In this document: in pieces, positions 11,441 to 20,768 of the stretch
Layout: each line of letters starts with the position of its first letter
Numbering within the stretch: the stretch's first letter is position 1
Assembly (NCBI GenBank): GCA_963667015.2
Contig: CAXXJJ010000004.1
Location: 448,001-512,000, forward strand
From: Desulfatiglandales bacterium
GTDB taxonomy: Bacteria > Desulfobacterota > DSM-4660 > Desulfatiglandales > HGW-15
Reading direction: 5' to 3'
DNA length: 64,000 nt
Position numbers and translations under genes: made by a program
Notes under the pieces: model-generated
The model's input: the letters and a program-made list of their open reading frames with translations, nothing else
The model's database searches: none
Told to the model about the DNA's origin: nothing

Positions 11441-11836
11441 TTAATCCTCAAAAGTATATCCGGCAGCAATTAAGGCCTGTTCTGCATCAGTTATATCCGC
11501 TGCTTCTATTAATATATAATCAGTATTATAGGTAGATACAGCAAATATACTGATTTTAGAATCTGCAAGCACCCTTGAAATTCCTGATAAAATACCTGTA
11601 AGTGAAAAATCCAAAGGCCCGACAAATTTTATACATGTCCACCCATGGCTGGATTTTTCTGCTGTTAAATGAATTGAAGATTCACAGACAATTGATATCT
11701 CATCATCAGTCTTTACAATTGAGTAAAATTCACTCTCATAAATCTGAGGAGGTATCAAGCTTTCTATTGATAATCTGTAAATAGAAAATTGTCCATTTAA
11801 GATTTTTAATCTATTATTTTTCACGCTCTTACCCAT
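11441..11836 (-). CDS. ACT-domain protein (ACT_7/CASTOR-like)
   Basis: KTDDEISIVC, GPLDFSLTGILS and SIFAVSTYNTDYIL motifs. Confidence 0.88.
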   Translation of the reverse strand: MGKSVKNNRLKILNGQFSIYRLSIESLIPPQIYESEFYSIVKTDDEISIVCESSIHLTAEKSSHGWTCIKFVGPLDFSLTGILSGISRVLADSKISIFAVSTYNTDYILIEAADITDAEQALIAAGYTFED

Positions 11837-11997
11837 GAAAATTCAGTGTTATTTTTAAAACAATAACAAGCGCTGGGGCATTTTATTCCACAGTCAGGTT
11901 AATTTTGTTTTGATAGTCTTCGTTTTTTTGGAAAAAGGGGATATTGTCAGATTATTAAGTCGAGATACTATTAAACCTGATAACCTTACACCATCTC

Positions 11998-12261
11998 CTA
12001 TTCATAATGTGTCCACATACGAATAACTTTAACTGTCTTTATATCGTCCAGAACCTGGTAAATAAGTCTATGCTGAATATTAATCCTGCGGGAACATGCA
12101 CCTGCCAGATCTCCTACCAGCCTCTCATATGGAGGAGGGGTGCGATAAGGGTCTTCTTTAAGGATGTTCAGGAGTTTTTCTGCCTGTGGTTTTAAACCTG
12201 AGCGGGAGATTTTTTTTGCATCTTTTTTGGCCTGTTTTGTATAGACCAGATGCCAGCTCAC
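11998..12261 (-). CDS. Txe/YoeB family toxin
   Basis: GTG start overlapping the antitoxin stop (GTGA); PPPYERLVGDL, SRRINIQHRLIY and RMWTHYE motifs. Confidence 0.92.
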   Translation of the reverse strand: MSWHLVYTKQAKKDAKKISRSGLKPQAEKLLNILKEDPYRTPPPYERLVGDLAGACSRRINIQHRLIYQVLDDIKTVKVIRMWTHYE

Positions 12262-12500
12262 CAGCCAGGCTCCTCTTCGCATTCCTCAACAGGTGTATCC
12301 AATCCGTTGCGGATTGATTCTCTCATTCCAGGAATAGACGTCAAGTATAATGTTTCCTGTATGGCGCTCCAGTCCTCTTCTGATAAAAGGACCGCCGAAT
12401 TTCGCTTTCCAACAATTTTAATTGGAACATGCGATTCGGCCACATCATCAACAAGTGTATAGAGACGTTTTCTTGCCTCAGTTGCTGTAAGAGTAGACAT
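12258..12500 (-). CDS. Phd/YefM family antitoxin
   Basis: TATEARKRLY, AVLLSEEDW and ETLYL motifs; directly upstream of the toxin. Confidence 0.92.
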   Translation of the reverse strand: MSTLTATEARKRLYTLVDDVAESHVPIKIVGKRNSAVLLSEEDWSAIQETLYLTSIPGMRESIRNGLDTPVEECEEEPGW

Positions 12501-12519
12501 TATTTATACCTCTTAGTTA

Positions 12520-12561
12520 TAACGTACGTTAAATCGTACGCCATGGAGTGGTATTTGTCAA
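12520..12561 (-). promoter_or_regulatory. Sigma70 promoter with overlapping palindromic operator for the TA operon
   Basis: TTGACA (12556-12561), 17-bp spacer, TACGAT (12533-12538); palindromes TAACGTACGTTA (12520-12531) and CGTACG (12535-12540). Confidence 0.8.
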
Positions 12562-12681
12562 TTTGTTATTTTATTAAGGTATGGCAGGTCAGGACTTTTT
12601 CCATTTGCCACAAATTTCAACTGTTAAAACTATAGCAAAGTGTGAAAAAGGATAATATCGGGCAAAAGAATATGGACTTTA

Positions 12682-12927
12682 TTATTTATTTGAAAGACTG
12701 CTCTTAAAAGATTCTTCTACTGTCTGGGGAACCTGGATAGATACAAAATATGAGGAGGGGTAAATATAGTCCTCTCCGCTCTCATCAATAATACGAATAT
12801 CTCCTTCGTCCTCAATTTCTTTATCTGCAATTACACGGTATATTTTATGTAATTCTAAAGAAGCGGGATAATCCGAATTATTTATGCAAACCGTAAATTC
12901 TGATAAATTTCTTTTTGATTCCTGCAT
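12682..12927 (-). CDS. Conserved small hypothetical protein (YPASLE / IDESGEDY type)
   Basis: 81-aa ORF with GGAG RBS; resembles small proteins I recall from TA-rich regions (unverified). Confidence 0.65.
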   Translation of the reverse strand: MQESKRNLSEFTVCINNSDYPASLELHKIYRVIADKEIEDEGDIRIIDESGEDYIYPSSYFVSIQVPQTVEESFKSSLSNK

Positions 12928-12989
12928 TTATTACTCCAGATATATTTTAATTTCAGTATGTTAGATTGACTAGCCCACATTTTGTCGGT

Positions 12990-13406
12990 TCAGACAGATG
13001 CGTCCGATTGAATTGACTCTATAGCACTCTGTGCTGAATGAACAAGAAACGCGGATCTGGACATACCGCATTTTCTTGCGGCGGCATCAATCTGTTTTAG
13101 CATGATTTCAGGTAAAGTCACATTTACCCTTACTGTCCTGGGTTTTGCGTCGGGCACAGAAACAACAAGATAAGCAATCGCATTTGTGTAATCAGGATCA
13201 TTCATGATTTCTTCAAGCCGGGATGGGACAGGTAGTTGTTCACCGTCTTCCAGCATACCCTTTATATGAAGTGTCAGTGCTTCCTGTGCCATATCCTTGG
13301 ATTCATCGATATCTTTTCCAGCGGTAATGCATCCTGGAAAATCCGGAAACGATACGCCGAAATCCGTATTGGTTTCTTTGTGAACAATAGCTATACAGTT
13401 TGCCAT
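12990..13406 (-). CDS. hicB: HicB family antitoxin with C-terminal ribbon-helix-helix domain
   Basis: FGVSFPDFPGCITAG, AQEALTLHI and RVNVTLP...IDAAA...MSRSAFL motifs. Confidence 0.92.
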   Translation of the reverse strand: MANCIAIVHKETNTDFGVSFPDFPGCITAGKDIDESKDMAQEALTLHIKGMLEDGEQLPVPSRLEEIMNDPDYTNAIAYLVVSVPDAKPRTVRVNVTLPEIMLKQIDAAARKCGMSRSAFLVHSAQSAIESIQSDASV

Positions 13407-13415
13407 ATTAATACC

Positions 13416-13463
13416 TCACTCAAGTTTAATACCGGACTGGTGCTCAATACTTTTTAATGTTCC
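13416..13463 (-). pseudogene. hicA: 3' remnant of a hicA toxin gene
   Basis: Translates GTLKSIEHQSGIKLE*, a HicA-like C-terminus, immediately upstream of hicB; the N-terminal GSH motif is absent. Confidence 0.7.
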
Positions 13464-13784
13464 ATTGATAATGAGGAGTGGGACTTACCAGGTCAGAACT
13501 TAGCAGTGACACTTTGTGGAGTTAAATGTCACAGTCAAGGGGTGACCCCGTTTCTTTCCTTCATATATTTTTTTCATTCTATATTGAAGATGAAGCATTA
13601 TTACTTGAATGGCTGCTATTCGATATGTCAATGTTGTCAACTCGGGGCTTCCTTTGATATCTTATGCAGAACAGGAAGTTTCTAGGCCGGGTTGTATTTT
13701 ATCGCCCGGTTACGTGAGATGCCTGGTTGGCGCTCAATTTGCACCTAAATGTTAAAAATATTAAAATTTAAAATATTTAAATAA

Positions 13785-14678
13785 TCAAAAAGGTGGCGGT
13801 TCTTTATCATGTGATTGTGCAATATCCCTCAAGTAAATAATTGACGCTGCTACAACTGTGAGTGCCCATTCTGCAACCGCGGCTGTAACACTTCCACCTG
13901 TCGCTCCGCCATGAGCTACCCCATGACCAGCGCCTCTAAAATGATATGGTGACAGTAAGCCTTTTATAATTGTTGGAGGAATTGATTCACCATTAACATC
14001 TCTGATACCTTGTATGATTTTTTCAAAATCCTTTTGCTTTGTTGAAAAAAGATGTTTAGTCGCAGATTCCATAGCAGAAACAGCTTCTTTTATTGCATTC
14101 GGAAAATCTGGTTCTGGTGCCTTTTCAAAAAACATTTTTGCTTTCATAAAATGTTGACGAGCATCGCTCAAAATAGGATCTTGAAGCACCCGATAAGCTT
14201 TAGAACTGATTTTTTGGGAATGAAACCGACCTGGTCTATAAAATTCACCATCTTTCATTCTGTAAACAATTGATTCTTCCCCAAGAAGTTGGTTGATATC
14301 TCCTTCGAAATCCTTACGTACTTCCTCTAAAGGATATACCGACTCTGGATTCCTGTTAAAATCGTATTCAATTTCCTCAGTCAGCATTCTTTCATATACT
14401 CGTTCACAAAATATGTATACCTTAGTCCATTCTAATTGGTGAAGAATATTATAGGAAAGGTCAGATGCTTCATCATTTTCGTAGGATTTTTTTACCCTAT
14501 AAAGTCTAAGCAATTCTTCGGCGATTCTATTCCATCCTTCAGATCGGTTGAGCTCTATAGTTCGTTTTAGTACAAACCATAAAGCAGTTCTTGCTGACTC
14601 GGGAAAATCCGAATCAACCAGTGGTTTATTTTCAATACCGAACCTGCTCGGAAAGAGGACCTTATCAGTATCATTCAT
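13785..14678 (-). CDS. AbiJ-like (NTD4 + HEPN-like) putative anti-phage protein
   Basis: N-terminal FPSRFG...PESARTALW; C-terminal PDFPNAIKEAVSAME and RGAGHGVAH (R...H) motifs. Confidence 0.6.
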   Translation of the reverse strand: MNDTDKVLFPSRFGIENKPLVDSDFPESARTALWFVLKRTIELNRSEGWNRIAEELLRLYRVKKSYENDEASDLSYNILHQLEWTKVYIFCERVYERMLTEEIEYDFNRNPESVYPLEEVRKDFEGDINQLLGEESIVYRMKDGEFYRPGRFHSQKISSKAYRVLQDPILSDARQHFMKAKMFFEKAPEPDFPNAIKEAVSAMESATKHLFSTKQKDFEKIIQGIRDVNGESIPPTIIKGLLSPYHFRGAGHGVAHGGATGGSVTAAVAEWALTVVAASIIYLRDIAQSHDKEPPPF

Positions 14679-15225
14679 ATTCAGTATTCCACTTTACGTT
14701 TTTTGTTAATCAAAAGAGCTATTTTAGAGTAATGGCAAATTTTCCGATATTGCGGATGGTCAATTTCATTATCAATAATTTAACTACTTAATAATCCGAA
14801 GAAATAAGTTTATATTTCAGATATTGAACTTCAATAAAATGGAAAAACCGCTTTTTTCGAAAACAATTAAAAAAAGTAATGAGAAAAATATTTCATGAAA
14901 TGAATCGTTCAATTTTTAATCATACCCTGTTTATTTTGTCAAAAAGAATATAATGCATGCATTGTTTAAACTGAGTATTGACAATCCATGCAATTTTATC
15001 AATTATCGAAAAATCTGGAGGGGCTTCAGATGTTCTTTTTTTACCCAATATAAAATGTATTAGTTGTCATCCCGACATTGGGGAAAAATCTTTATTTTTT
15101 AAAGCAAGATCTCTCCTGCAATTTATCCCGCAGCCATTTAGCGGGAGTCGAAATGACATTTAACTTATCCGGTTCAAAGAAATTATATTTTTAGTCACTT
15201 AACATTTATAAAGAGGAGGAGAGTT

Positions 15226-16218
15226 ATGCGGAAAAGATTTATGGTTATTGCTGTTGTCCTGTTTCTATTGCCCGGTGTTTTTGCATCAGGTGCTGAAAAG
15301 AAGGTTTATGACAGGGCTGCTCTTGAGGGCTATATAGATAAATATCTTGATGCCATGAAGGATAACAACCCCAGCCTGGACCTTTTTACCAGGGACTGCA
15401 AATTTACAGAAAACGGCATCCAGCTGCCATTGGGCGGCGAAGGCCTGTGGTACAGCATGGCAGACAGGGCAAATTACAGTTTTTATGTTCCTGATATCGA
15501 AACCCGTCAGGTTGCCTTTATAGGCACAGTCAAGGAGCAGGGGCGTCCTTCCAGGAATGGACAGCCTGCAAAGGATATCATTGTTGCGGTTGCAATCAGG
15601 TTAAAGATTGATGATAACGGCAAGATCTGTGAGGCTGAACAGCTTGCTATACGCCCTGAGACAAGCCTGTTTGAAGTAGAAAAGGACCCGGCTCCCTCCA
15701 CCGGCGATAAAGTTGAAGCGATGGGCAAACCTCACCCGGTTTTCTTTGAAGTAATTCCTGAAAACGAACGCATGTCACGTGAAGAGCTTGTAGAGGTGGG
15801 AAACTACTATTTTGAGGGTCTCCAAAGGAATGATGGCAAGGGATACTACCCTTTTACTGACGACTGTGTCCGCTTTGAGAATGGTAATGATGTACTGCTG
15901 CAAACCAACCCCGCAACAGGTGAAAAGACGCGCATGACATGCAAAAAACAATTTGAGGAATCGTTAAGGGGCATTGTTACACGCATCCGTGACCGCAGAT
16001 TTGTGGCAGTTGACCGGGAACGAGGTATTGTTTTTGCCTTCGGCTTTTTTGACCATTTGTCGATCAACTGGACATGGCAGCTTGCCGAACTGTTCAAGGT
16101 TGAGAAAGGCAATATCAGCCGCATTGAAGCAATATTTTTAAGGGGCGCATATGGAATAAATTCCGGATGGAGCACCTATCAGCAGGGTATGTCTGAGGAG
16201 GCTCAGAGTATAAGATAG
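15226..16218 (+). CDS. Secreted hypothetical protein with two NTF2/SnoaL-like repeats
   Basis: Signal peptide; internal repeats DCKFTENG / DCVRFENG and GKICEAE / GNISRIE; GGAGGAG RBS. Confidence 0.65.
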   Translation: MRKRFMVIAVVLFLLPGVFASGAEKKVYDRAALEGYIDKYLDAMKDNNPSLDLFTRDCKFTENGIQLPLGGEGLWYSMADRANYSFYVPDIETRQVAFIGTVKEQGRPSRNGQPAKDIIVAVAIRLKIDDNGKICEAEQLAIRPETSLFEVEKDPAPSTGDKVEAMGKPHPVFFEVIPENERMSREELVEVGNYYFEGLQRNDGKGYYPFTDDCVRFENGNDVLLQTNPATGEKTRMTCKKQFEESLRGIVTRIRDRRFVAVDRERGIVFAFGFFDHLSINWTWQLAELFKVEKGNISRIEAIFLRGAYGINSGWSTYQQGMSEEAQSIR

Positions 16219-16272
16219 CAGCTTTAAGCGATCAGCATTCAGCCTGTAATGAATGTGAATTTCGATTTTGCC

Positions 16273-16347
16273 GTCATGCCCGTGAAAACGGGCATCCATT
16301 TTAGATATTTATAAATTTAACTGGGTTCCCTCCTCCGCGGGAATGAC
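16273..16347. repeat. Inverted pair of REP-like palindromes (GTCAT...ATCCA type)
   Basis: GTCATGCCCGTGAAAACGGGCATCCA (16273-16298) and TGGGTTCCCTCCTCCGCGGGAATGAC (16322-16347); related copy at 19769-19794. Confidence 0.7.
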
Positions 16348-16354
16348 GAAAAAC

Positions 16355-16385
16355 AAAAAAAAGCCACTTCGATTGAAGTGGCTTT
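16355..16385 (-). terminator. Rho-independent terminator of tRNA-Val
   Basis: AAAGCCACTTC-GATT-GAAGTGGCTTT hairpin followed by a T run on the minus strand. Confidence 0.85.
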
Positions 16386-16395
16386 AATATTTTAA

Positions 16396-16470
16396 TGGTA
16401 GGCACGGTCGGGCTTGAACCGACGACCCCTACCGTGTCGAGGTAGTGCTCTCCCACTGAGCTACGCGCCT
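16396..16470 (-). tRNA. tRNA-Val(GAC)
   Basis: AGGCGCGTAGCTCAGTGGGAGAGCACTACCTCGACACGGTAGGGGTCGTCGGTTCAAGCCCGACCGTGCCTACCA; full cloverleaf with encoded CCA; TTGACA at 16506-16511 upstream. Confidence 0.96.
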
Positions 16471-16552
16471 GGAATTTGGGGATAATAAACAATCTACTGT
16501 TCATATGTCAAGGAGATTTGTGGGGGAAATTATCTGATTTATTTCAAAAACC

Positions 16553-16647
16553 GGGCGAACACATAGGTTCGCCCCTACAGCCTGTTAAATATTACTCTGT
16601 TAATTATGTCATGTAAAAATTGTAGGGGCAGACCTGCGTGTCTGCTC
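16553..16647. repeat. Pair of GTAG-type REP-like palindromes
   Basis: GGGCGAACACATAGGTTCGCCCCTAC (16553-16578) and GTAGGGGCAGACCTGCGTGTCTGCTC (16622-16647); another GTAG palindrome at 19875-19899. Confidence 0.7.
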
Positions 16648-16815
16648 GGTGGTGGACAGGTGGATATGGAGGAATATAAATTTTAACCCCAATTATTCAA
16701 GTTCCCTTACCTCCTAATTTGCAATTTGAATTTCACCCCTTTAACTGATATATTCCTTCTTACTTTTAGATCAAATAAATGTCGTACCCTTAACTTAAAA
16801 CCCCGGGAGGACAGT

Positions 16816-18183
16816 ATGAAAGAAAATAAAAAAGAAAAAAAAGGTCGGGTATCCAGACGTGAATTTATGGGAATTAGCGGCGCTGCTATTGCCGGCGCGT
16901 CCATAGCCCCGGTTTCATTTGCTGCGGCTGAAACAAAAAAGGATATAAAGATCAAACAGACCAGGGTGCTGGGCAGGACCGGATTTGCTGTTTCCGATAT
17001 TGGAATGGGGTGCGCATCCCTGAAGGAAGGAAATCTTGTCAGGTACGCCTATGACAGGGGGCTTAATTACTTTGATACGGCAGAAAATTATGGACGCGGC
17101 GCCTCTGAATCCGCAATCGGCAAGGCCATGCCCCACATGGACAGAAAAAAGATATTTGTAACAACCAAACTGGATCTCAAGATGGATGACACGGACCAGG
17201 CGCTTATTGAGAGATTCTCAAAATGCCTTGCAAGGCTGAATACCGATTATATTGATGCACTCCTGATTGCAGGCGCCACGACAGTGGCCCAGGTAAAAAG
17301 TGAGGCCTTTCATTCGGCAGTAAAAAAACTGAAGGCCGACGGCAGATTAAAACATGCAGGTGTTGCATGTCATGGGCCCAGAGGAATGGGCGAAGACTCT
17401 ATGGAAAAGGTGATTGTGACTGCAGCCGAAGACGGCAGGTTCGATATAATGCTCTTTGTCTATAACTTCCTTAAAAAGGAAGAGGGTGAAAATATCCTGG
17501 CCGCATGTAAAAAATACAATATAGGTACAACCGCAATGAAGGTTGCACCCGGTAAATTAAAGGATGTTCCCGACTTTAACCCGGAAAACCCGACCCCGGA
17601 TCAGGAAGAGCGATTAAAAATGATGGAAGGGTTCGGTATGGACCGCAAGGCTGCAATTGCACAGGTAAAAAGTATGGTGGAAGGCGATAAAGCAGCACGC
17701 GAGCAGACAAAACCATTTGTTGCAAAGTATGGCCTTAAGTCAGAAGATCAGCTATGGGAAGCAAGCATTAAATGGGTACGCCAGAACAGCGACATGCATA
17801 CAGTATGTATAACCATGGCCGATTTTGACAAGGCAGATAAATCTATTGCCCTTTCGGGTGAAAAACTTACCACCATGCAGGCGGCAATGCTTAAAGACTT
17901 CAGCCGCAAACTGGGCCGATCATACTGCCGCCACGCATGTAAGGAGTGTGCCGGTTCATGTGAACACGGCGTGCCGGTAAGTACCATCATGAGGTATTCA
18001 TATTACTATGAGCAGGGTTACGAGAAACTGGCCATGGAGAAATATGCCTCGCTCAGGGACAGGAACGAAAACAATGCCGCGCCATGCGCCGGATGTGACG
18101 CCCCCTGTGAAGGAAGCTGTCCATACGGCGTTATGGCAAGGAATAATCTGCTTAATGCCCATTCAATGCTTACAATGGCTTAA
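16816..18183 (+). CDS. Aldo/keto reductase with twin-arginine signal and C-terminal Fe-S motifs
   Basis: GGAGG RBS before ATG 16816; SRREFMG; LGRTGFAVSDIGMG; FDTAENY; CRHACKECAGSC and CAGCDAPCEGSCP. Confidence 0.88.
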   Translation: MKENKKEKKGRVSRREFMGISGAAIAGASIAPVSFAAAETKKDIKIKQTRVLGRTGFAVSDIGMGCASLKEGNLVRYAYDRGLNYFDTAENYGRGASESAIGKAMPHMDRKKIFVTTKLDLKMDDTDQALIERFSKCLARLNTDYIDALLIAGATTVAQVKSEAFHSAVKKLKADGRLKHAGVACHGPRGMGEDSMEKVIVTAAEDGRFDIMLFVYNFLKKEEGENILAACKKYNIGTTAMKVAPGKLKDVPDFNPENPTPDQEERLKMMEGFGMDRKAAIAQVKSMVEGDKAAREQTKPFVAKYGLKSEDQLWEASIKWVRQNSDMHTVCITMADFDKADKSIALSGEKLTTMQAAMLKDFSRKLGRSYCRHACKECAGSCEHGVPVSTIMRYSYYYEQGYEKLAMEKYASLRDRNENNAAPCAGCDAPCEGSCPYGVMARNNLLNAHSMLTMA

Positions 18184-18201
18184 TTAACTGATGGATTTGA
18201 T

Positions 18202-19023
18202 ATGAAAAAACTATTTTTATTCTTACTTTTCTTTTTAACCTGTTCAACCGGTCTCTATGGAGAGGAGTTCCCACAGATAAAAGGATGGACTGCCCATGGA
18301 GAGGTAACCACCTACAAGATCGCCAATTTATGGGAGTATATAGATGGCGCTGCCAATCTGTACCTGGCATATGATTTTAAACTGTTGAAACTGCGGGAAT
18401 TTCAAAAAGGTGAAACCATTTTAACCGTGGAAATCTATGATATGGGAAGCCCGGTAAATGCCTTTGGAATATACTCAAGCGAGCGTTCGGATGATGCTGT
18501 GCTGCTTAAAATAGGAACCGAGGCAGCGGTAATTCCTCCATATTATGCCCTGATGTTAAAAGACAGGTTTTATGTAAAGGTTGTGATACAGCAGGGAGAG
18601 CTTGACAGGGAAATAAGCGAGGGCATTTTAAAGGATGTTGCGGCCTTTGTTCCGGGGAATACCGATTTTCCGGCTGAATTAAAACTGTTACCCGAAAAGG
18701 ACAGAATCCCGGGATCCATAAAATATATATCTGAAGGGTATATGGGGTTAAGCGAAATCAATAACCTTTTGTTTGCGGATTACAGGGACTCCAGCGGGAA
18801 TGAGTTTAGATCCTTTGTTATGATTTTACCTGATAAGAAACAGGTTGAAGAGACATGGAATAAGCTTACAGGAAAATGGCAGTCCGAAACAGCCAAAGGC
18901 CGTACAGTATTATATCGTGAAGTGCCCTATGAAGGCCTGATAGGGGTCATTAAAGTGAATGATGTGATAAAAGGTGTCTCCGGTGTGGAGGATAAAGGGG
19001 CTTTGTTAAAGATCTTACAATGA
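18202..19023 (+). CDS. Secreted DUF6599-like protein
   Basis: Signal peptide; NLWEYIDGAANLYLAYDF and VEIYDMGS...AFGIYS motifs. Confidence 0.65.
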   Translation: MKKLFLFLLFFLTCSTGLYGEEFPQIKGWTAHGEVTTYKIANLWEYIDGAANLYLAYDFKLLKLREFQKGETILTVEIYDMGSPVNAFGIYSSERSDDAVLLKIGTEAAVIPPYYALMLKDRFYVKVVIQQGELDREISEGILKDVAAFVPGNTDFPAELKLLPEKDRIPGSIKYISEGYMGLSEINNLLFADYRDSSGNEFRSFVMILPDKKQVEETWNKLTGKWQSETAKGRTVLYREVPYEGLIGVIKVNDVIKGVSGVEDKGALLKILQ

Positions 19024-19679
19024 GATACAAAGCTGCAATATTTGATATGGACGGGCTGCTTCTTGATACAGAGAGCATGTTCCTGGCCGCCTTTATAAAA
19101 ACATGTGAACAGCTCAGGCTGGATTTTGACATGTCTTTGTTTAAAAGGATTATCGGCACAAACTCGGTTAAAACCAGAGAAATCCTGATCAGGGGATTTG
19201 GCGAATATTTTGATTATGATGCATTCAGAGCTCAATGGGTTCAGAATGTGAGAGATGATATTTATAAAAATTCTATCCCTGTAAAAGAGGGGGCGGTTAA
19301 TATACTTAAAAAAATTAAAACCATTCCGCTTACCATGTCAATTGCCACATCAACCGCTTACAGCGATGCGGTAAAATCCCTGGAATTGACGGATATTATC
19401 CATTACTTTGATTTTGTTGTGGCAGGAGACCAGGTGACAAAGGGTAAACCCGATCCTGAAATATATCTAAAGGCCGCGGAGAGACTGGGCGTTAACCCGG
19501 ATGAATGTATAGTATTTGAAGATTCTGAAAATGGTGTGAAATCAGCTCATGCAGCAGGTATGGATGTGATACAGGTTCCTGACTTTTTAGAGCCTTCGGA
19601 CGAACTAAGGAGTTTGGGACACAGGATTTATAATTCTCTGGATGATGTTTGCAGGGATTTTGATACTATTTTTATGTAA
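19020..19679 (+). CDS. HAD family phosphatase (beta-PGM-like)
   Basis: FDMDGLLLD, KPDPEIY and FEDSENG motifs. Confidence 0.92.
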   Translation: MRYKAAIFDMDGLLLDTESMFLAAFIKTCEQLRLDFDMSLFKRIIGTNSVKTREILIRGFGEYFDYDAFRAQWVQNVRDDIYKNSIPVKEGAVNILKKIKTIPLTMSIATSTAYSDAVKSLELTDIIHYFDFVVAGDQVTKGKPDPEIYLKAAERLGVNPDECIVFEDSENGVKSAHAAGMDVIQVPDFLEPSDELRSLGHRIYNSLDDVCRDFDTIFM

Positions 19680-19955
19680 AGATTATCTCTCGCCCGTTTC
19701 CTTCGGTCACTAGAGCCCGCAGAGAACGCAGAGAAAAGCTATTTGTTTTTGTTTTCAAATACATAAAATGGATCCCCGCCTTCGCGGGGATGACGATTAA
19801 ACCGACATACCTGCTTGATTATCTTAAGGCAACAGTATTAGGTGTAAAACCCCGCCTTACGTTTTATGTTTTTCGTAGGGTGGCATTTTATATGCCACCA
19901 AAGTAATGGTTTGGGATCAATTTACTGCACTTTAAAATTAGGCTGCTGTCTACAG

Positions 19956-20768
19956 CTACACATCCAGAAACTTAATACATTTTGTCGGACATTTTTCAAC
20001 AGCTTTTAAAACATCCTCATTTATTTCTGGCTTATAAGCACCTGAATCACAGCGTGAAAGATTACCTTCCACCGTGAAGATATCAGACAGCTTTGTACAG
20101 GCCTTGCATGCAATACACGATGTTTTGCATACAGCCCTTGATTCTTTGCCCGAATCCTGATTTGAGCAGGCAACAGCGGGGACACTGCTTACAGGAAAGG
20201 GTACTATCTCGATGATTCCCCTCGGGCAAACACGTGAACAGGCTCCGCATCCGATACATTTTTTGTAGTCGACTGTGGCAAGTCCATCAACTACTTGTAT
20301 GGCATCGTAATTACATGCCTGTACACAGTCTCCAAATCCAAGGCATCCATATGCACACCCGAAGACTCCTGCAACCTGGTTAGCCGCAGCACATCTTTTT
20401 TCACCTCTGTAGTCGGTTTTAACTATTCTGTCAGCAGAGTGGGAGCCGCAGTGAACTACGGCATATTTTTTAACAATCTCACCTGCTTCAACACCCATAA
20501 TCGAAGCAATTTGGGCTGCACATGATGCACCTCCAACCGAACAACTGGTGATAGGCGCATCTTCGGTGACTATTGCGGCAGCATAGTCTGCACATCCCAT
20601 GTAACCGCATCCGCCGCAGTTGGCTCCGGGGAGAGCCTCAGTTACTTCTTCAATTTTAGGGTCAACCTCAACCCTGAATTTAATATTAGCCCAGCCCAGT
20701 ATCCAGGAGACAACTATGGCAAGCAGGAACAGGGTGGAGGCTGCTATGGCAATGGTAATCAGGGTCAT
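19956..20768 (-). CDS. rnfB: Rnf complex subunit B
   Basis: [25 protein letters not shown] and [12 protein letters not shown]; position in operon. Confidence 0.93.
   Translation of the reverse strand: MTLITIAIAASTLFLLAIVVSWILGWANIKFRVEVDPKIEEVTEALPGANCGGCGYMGCADYAAAIVTEDAPITSCSVGGASCAAQIASIMGVEAGEIVKKYAVVHCGSHSADRIVKTDYRGEKRCAAANQVAGVFGCAYGCLGFGDCVQACNYDAIQVVDGLATVDYKKCIGCGACSRVCPRGIIEIVPFPVSSVPAVACSNQDSGKESRAVCKTSCIACKACTKLSDIFTVEGNLSRCDSGAYKPEINEDVLKAVEKCPTKCIKFLDV

Noticed and set aside
11850..14760. Possible integron cassette array
   Set aside because: Scattered GTTRRRY-like words (e.g. 12960), but no convincing paired attC structure and no integrase
11998..16470. tRNA-anchored genomic island
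   Set aside because: No integrase, and no duplicated tRNA 3' end found by eye
16726..16815. Upstream TTG start for the AKR given in the ORF track
   Set aside because: The GGAGG RBS and the position of the Tat motif support ATG 16816
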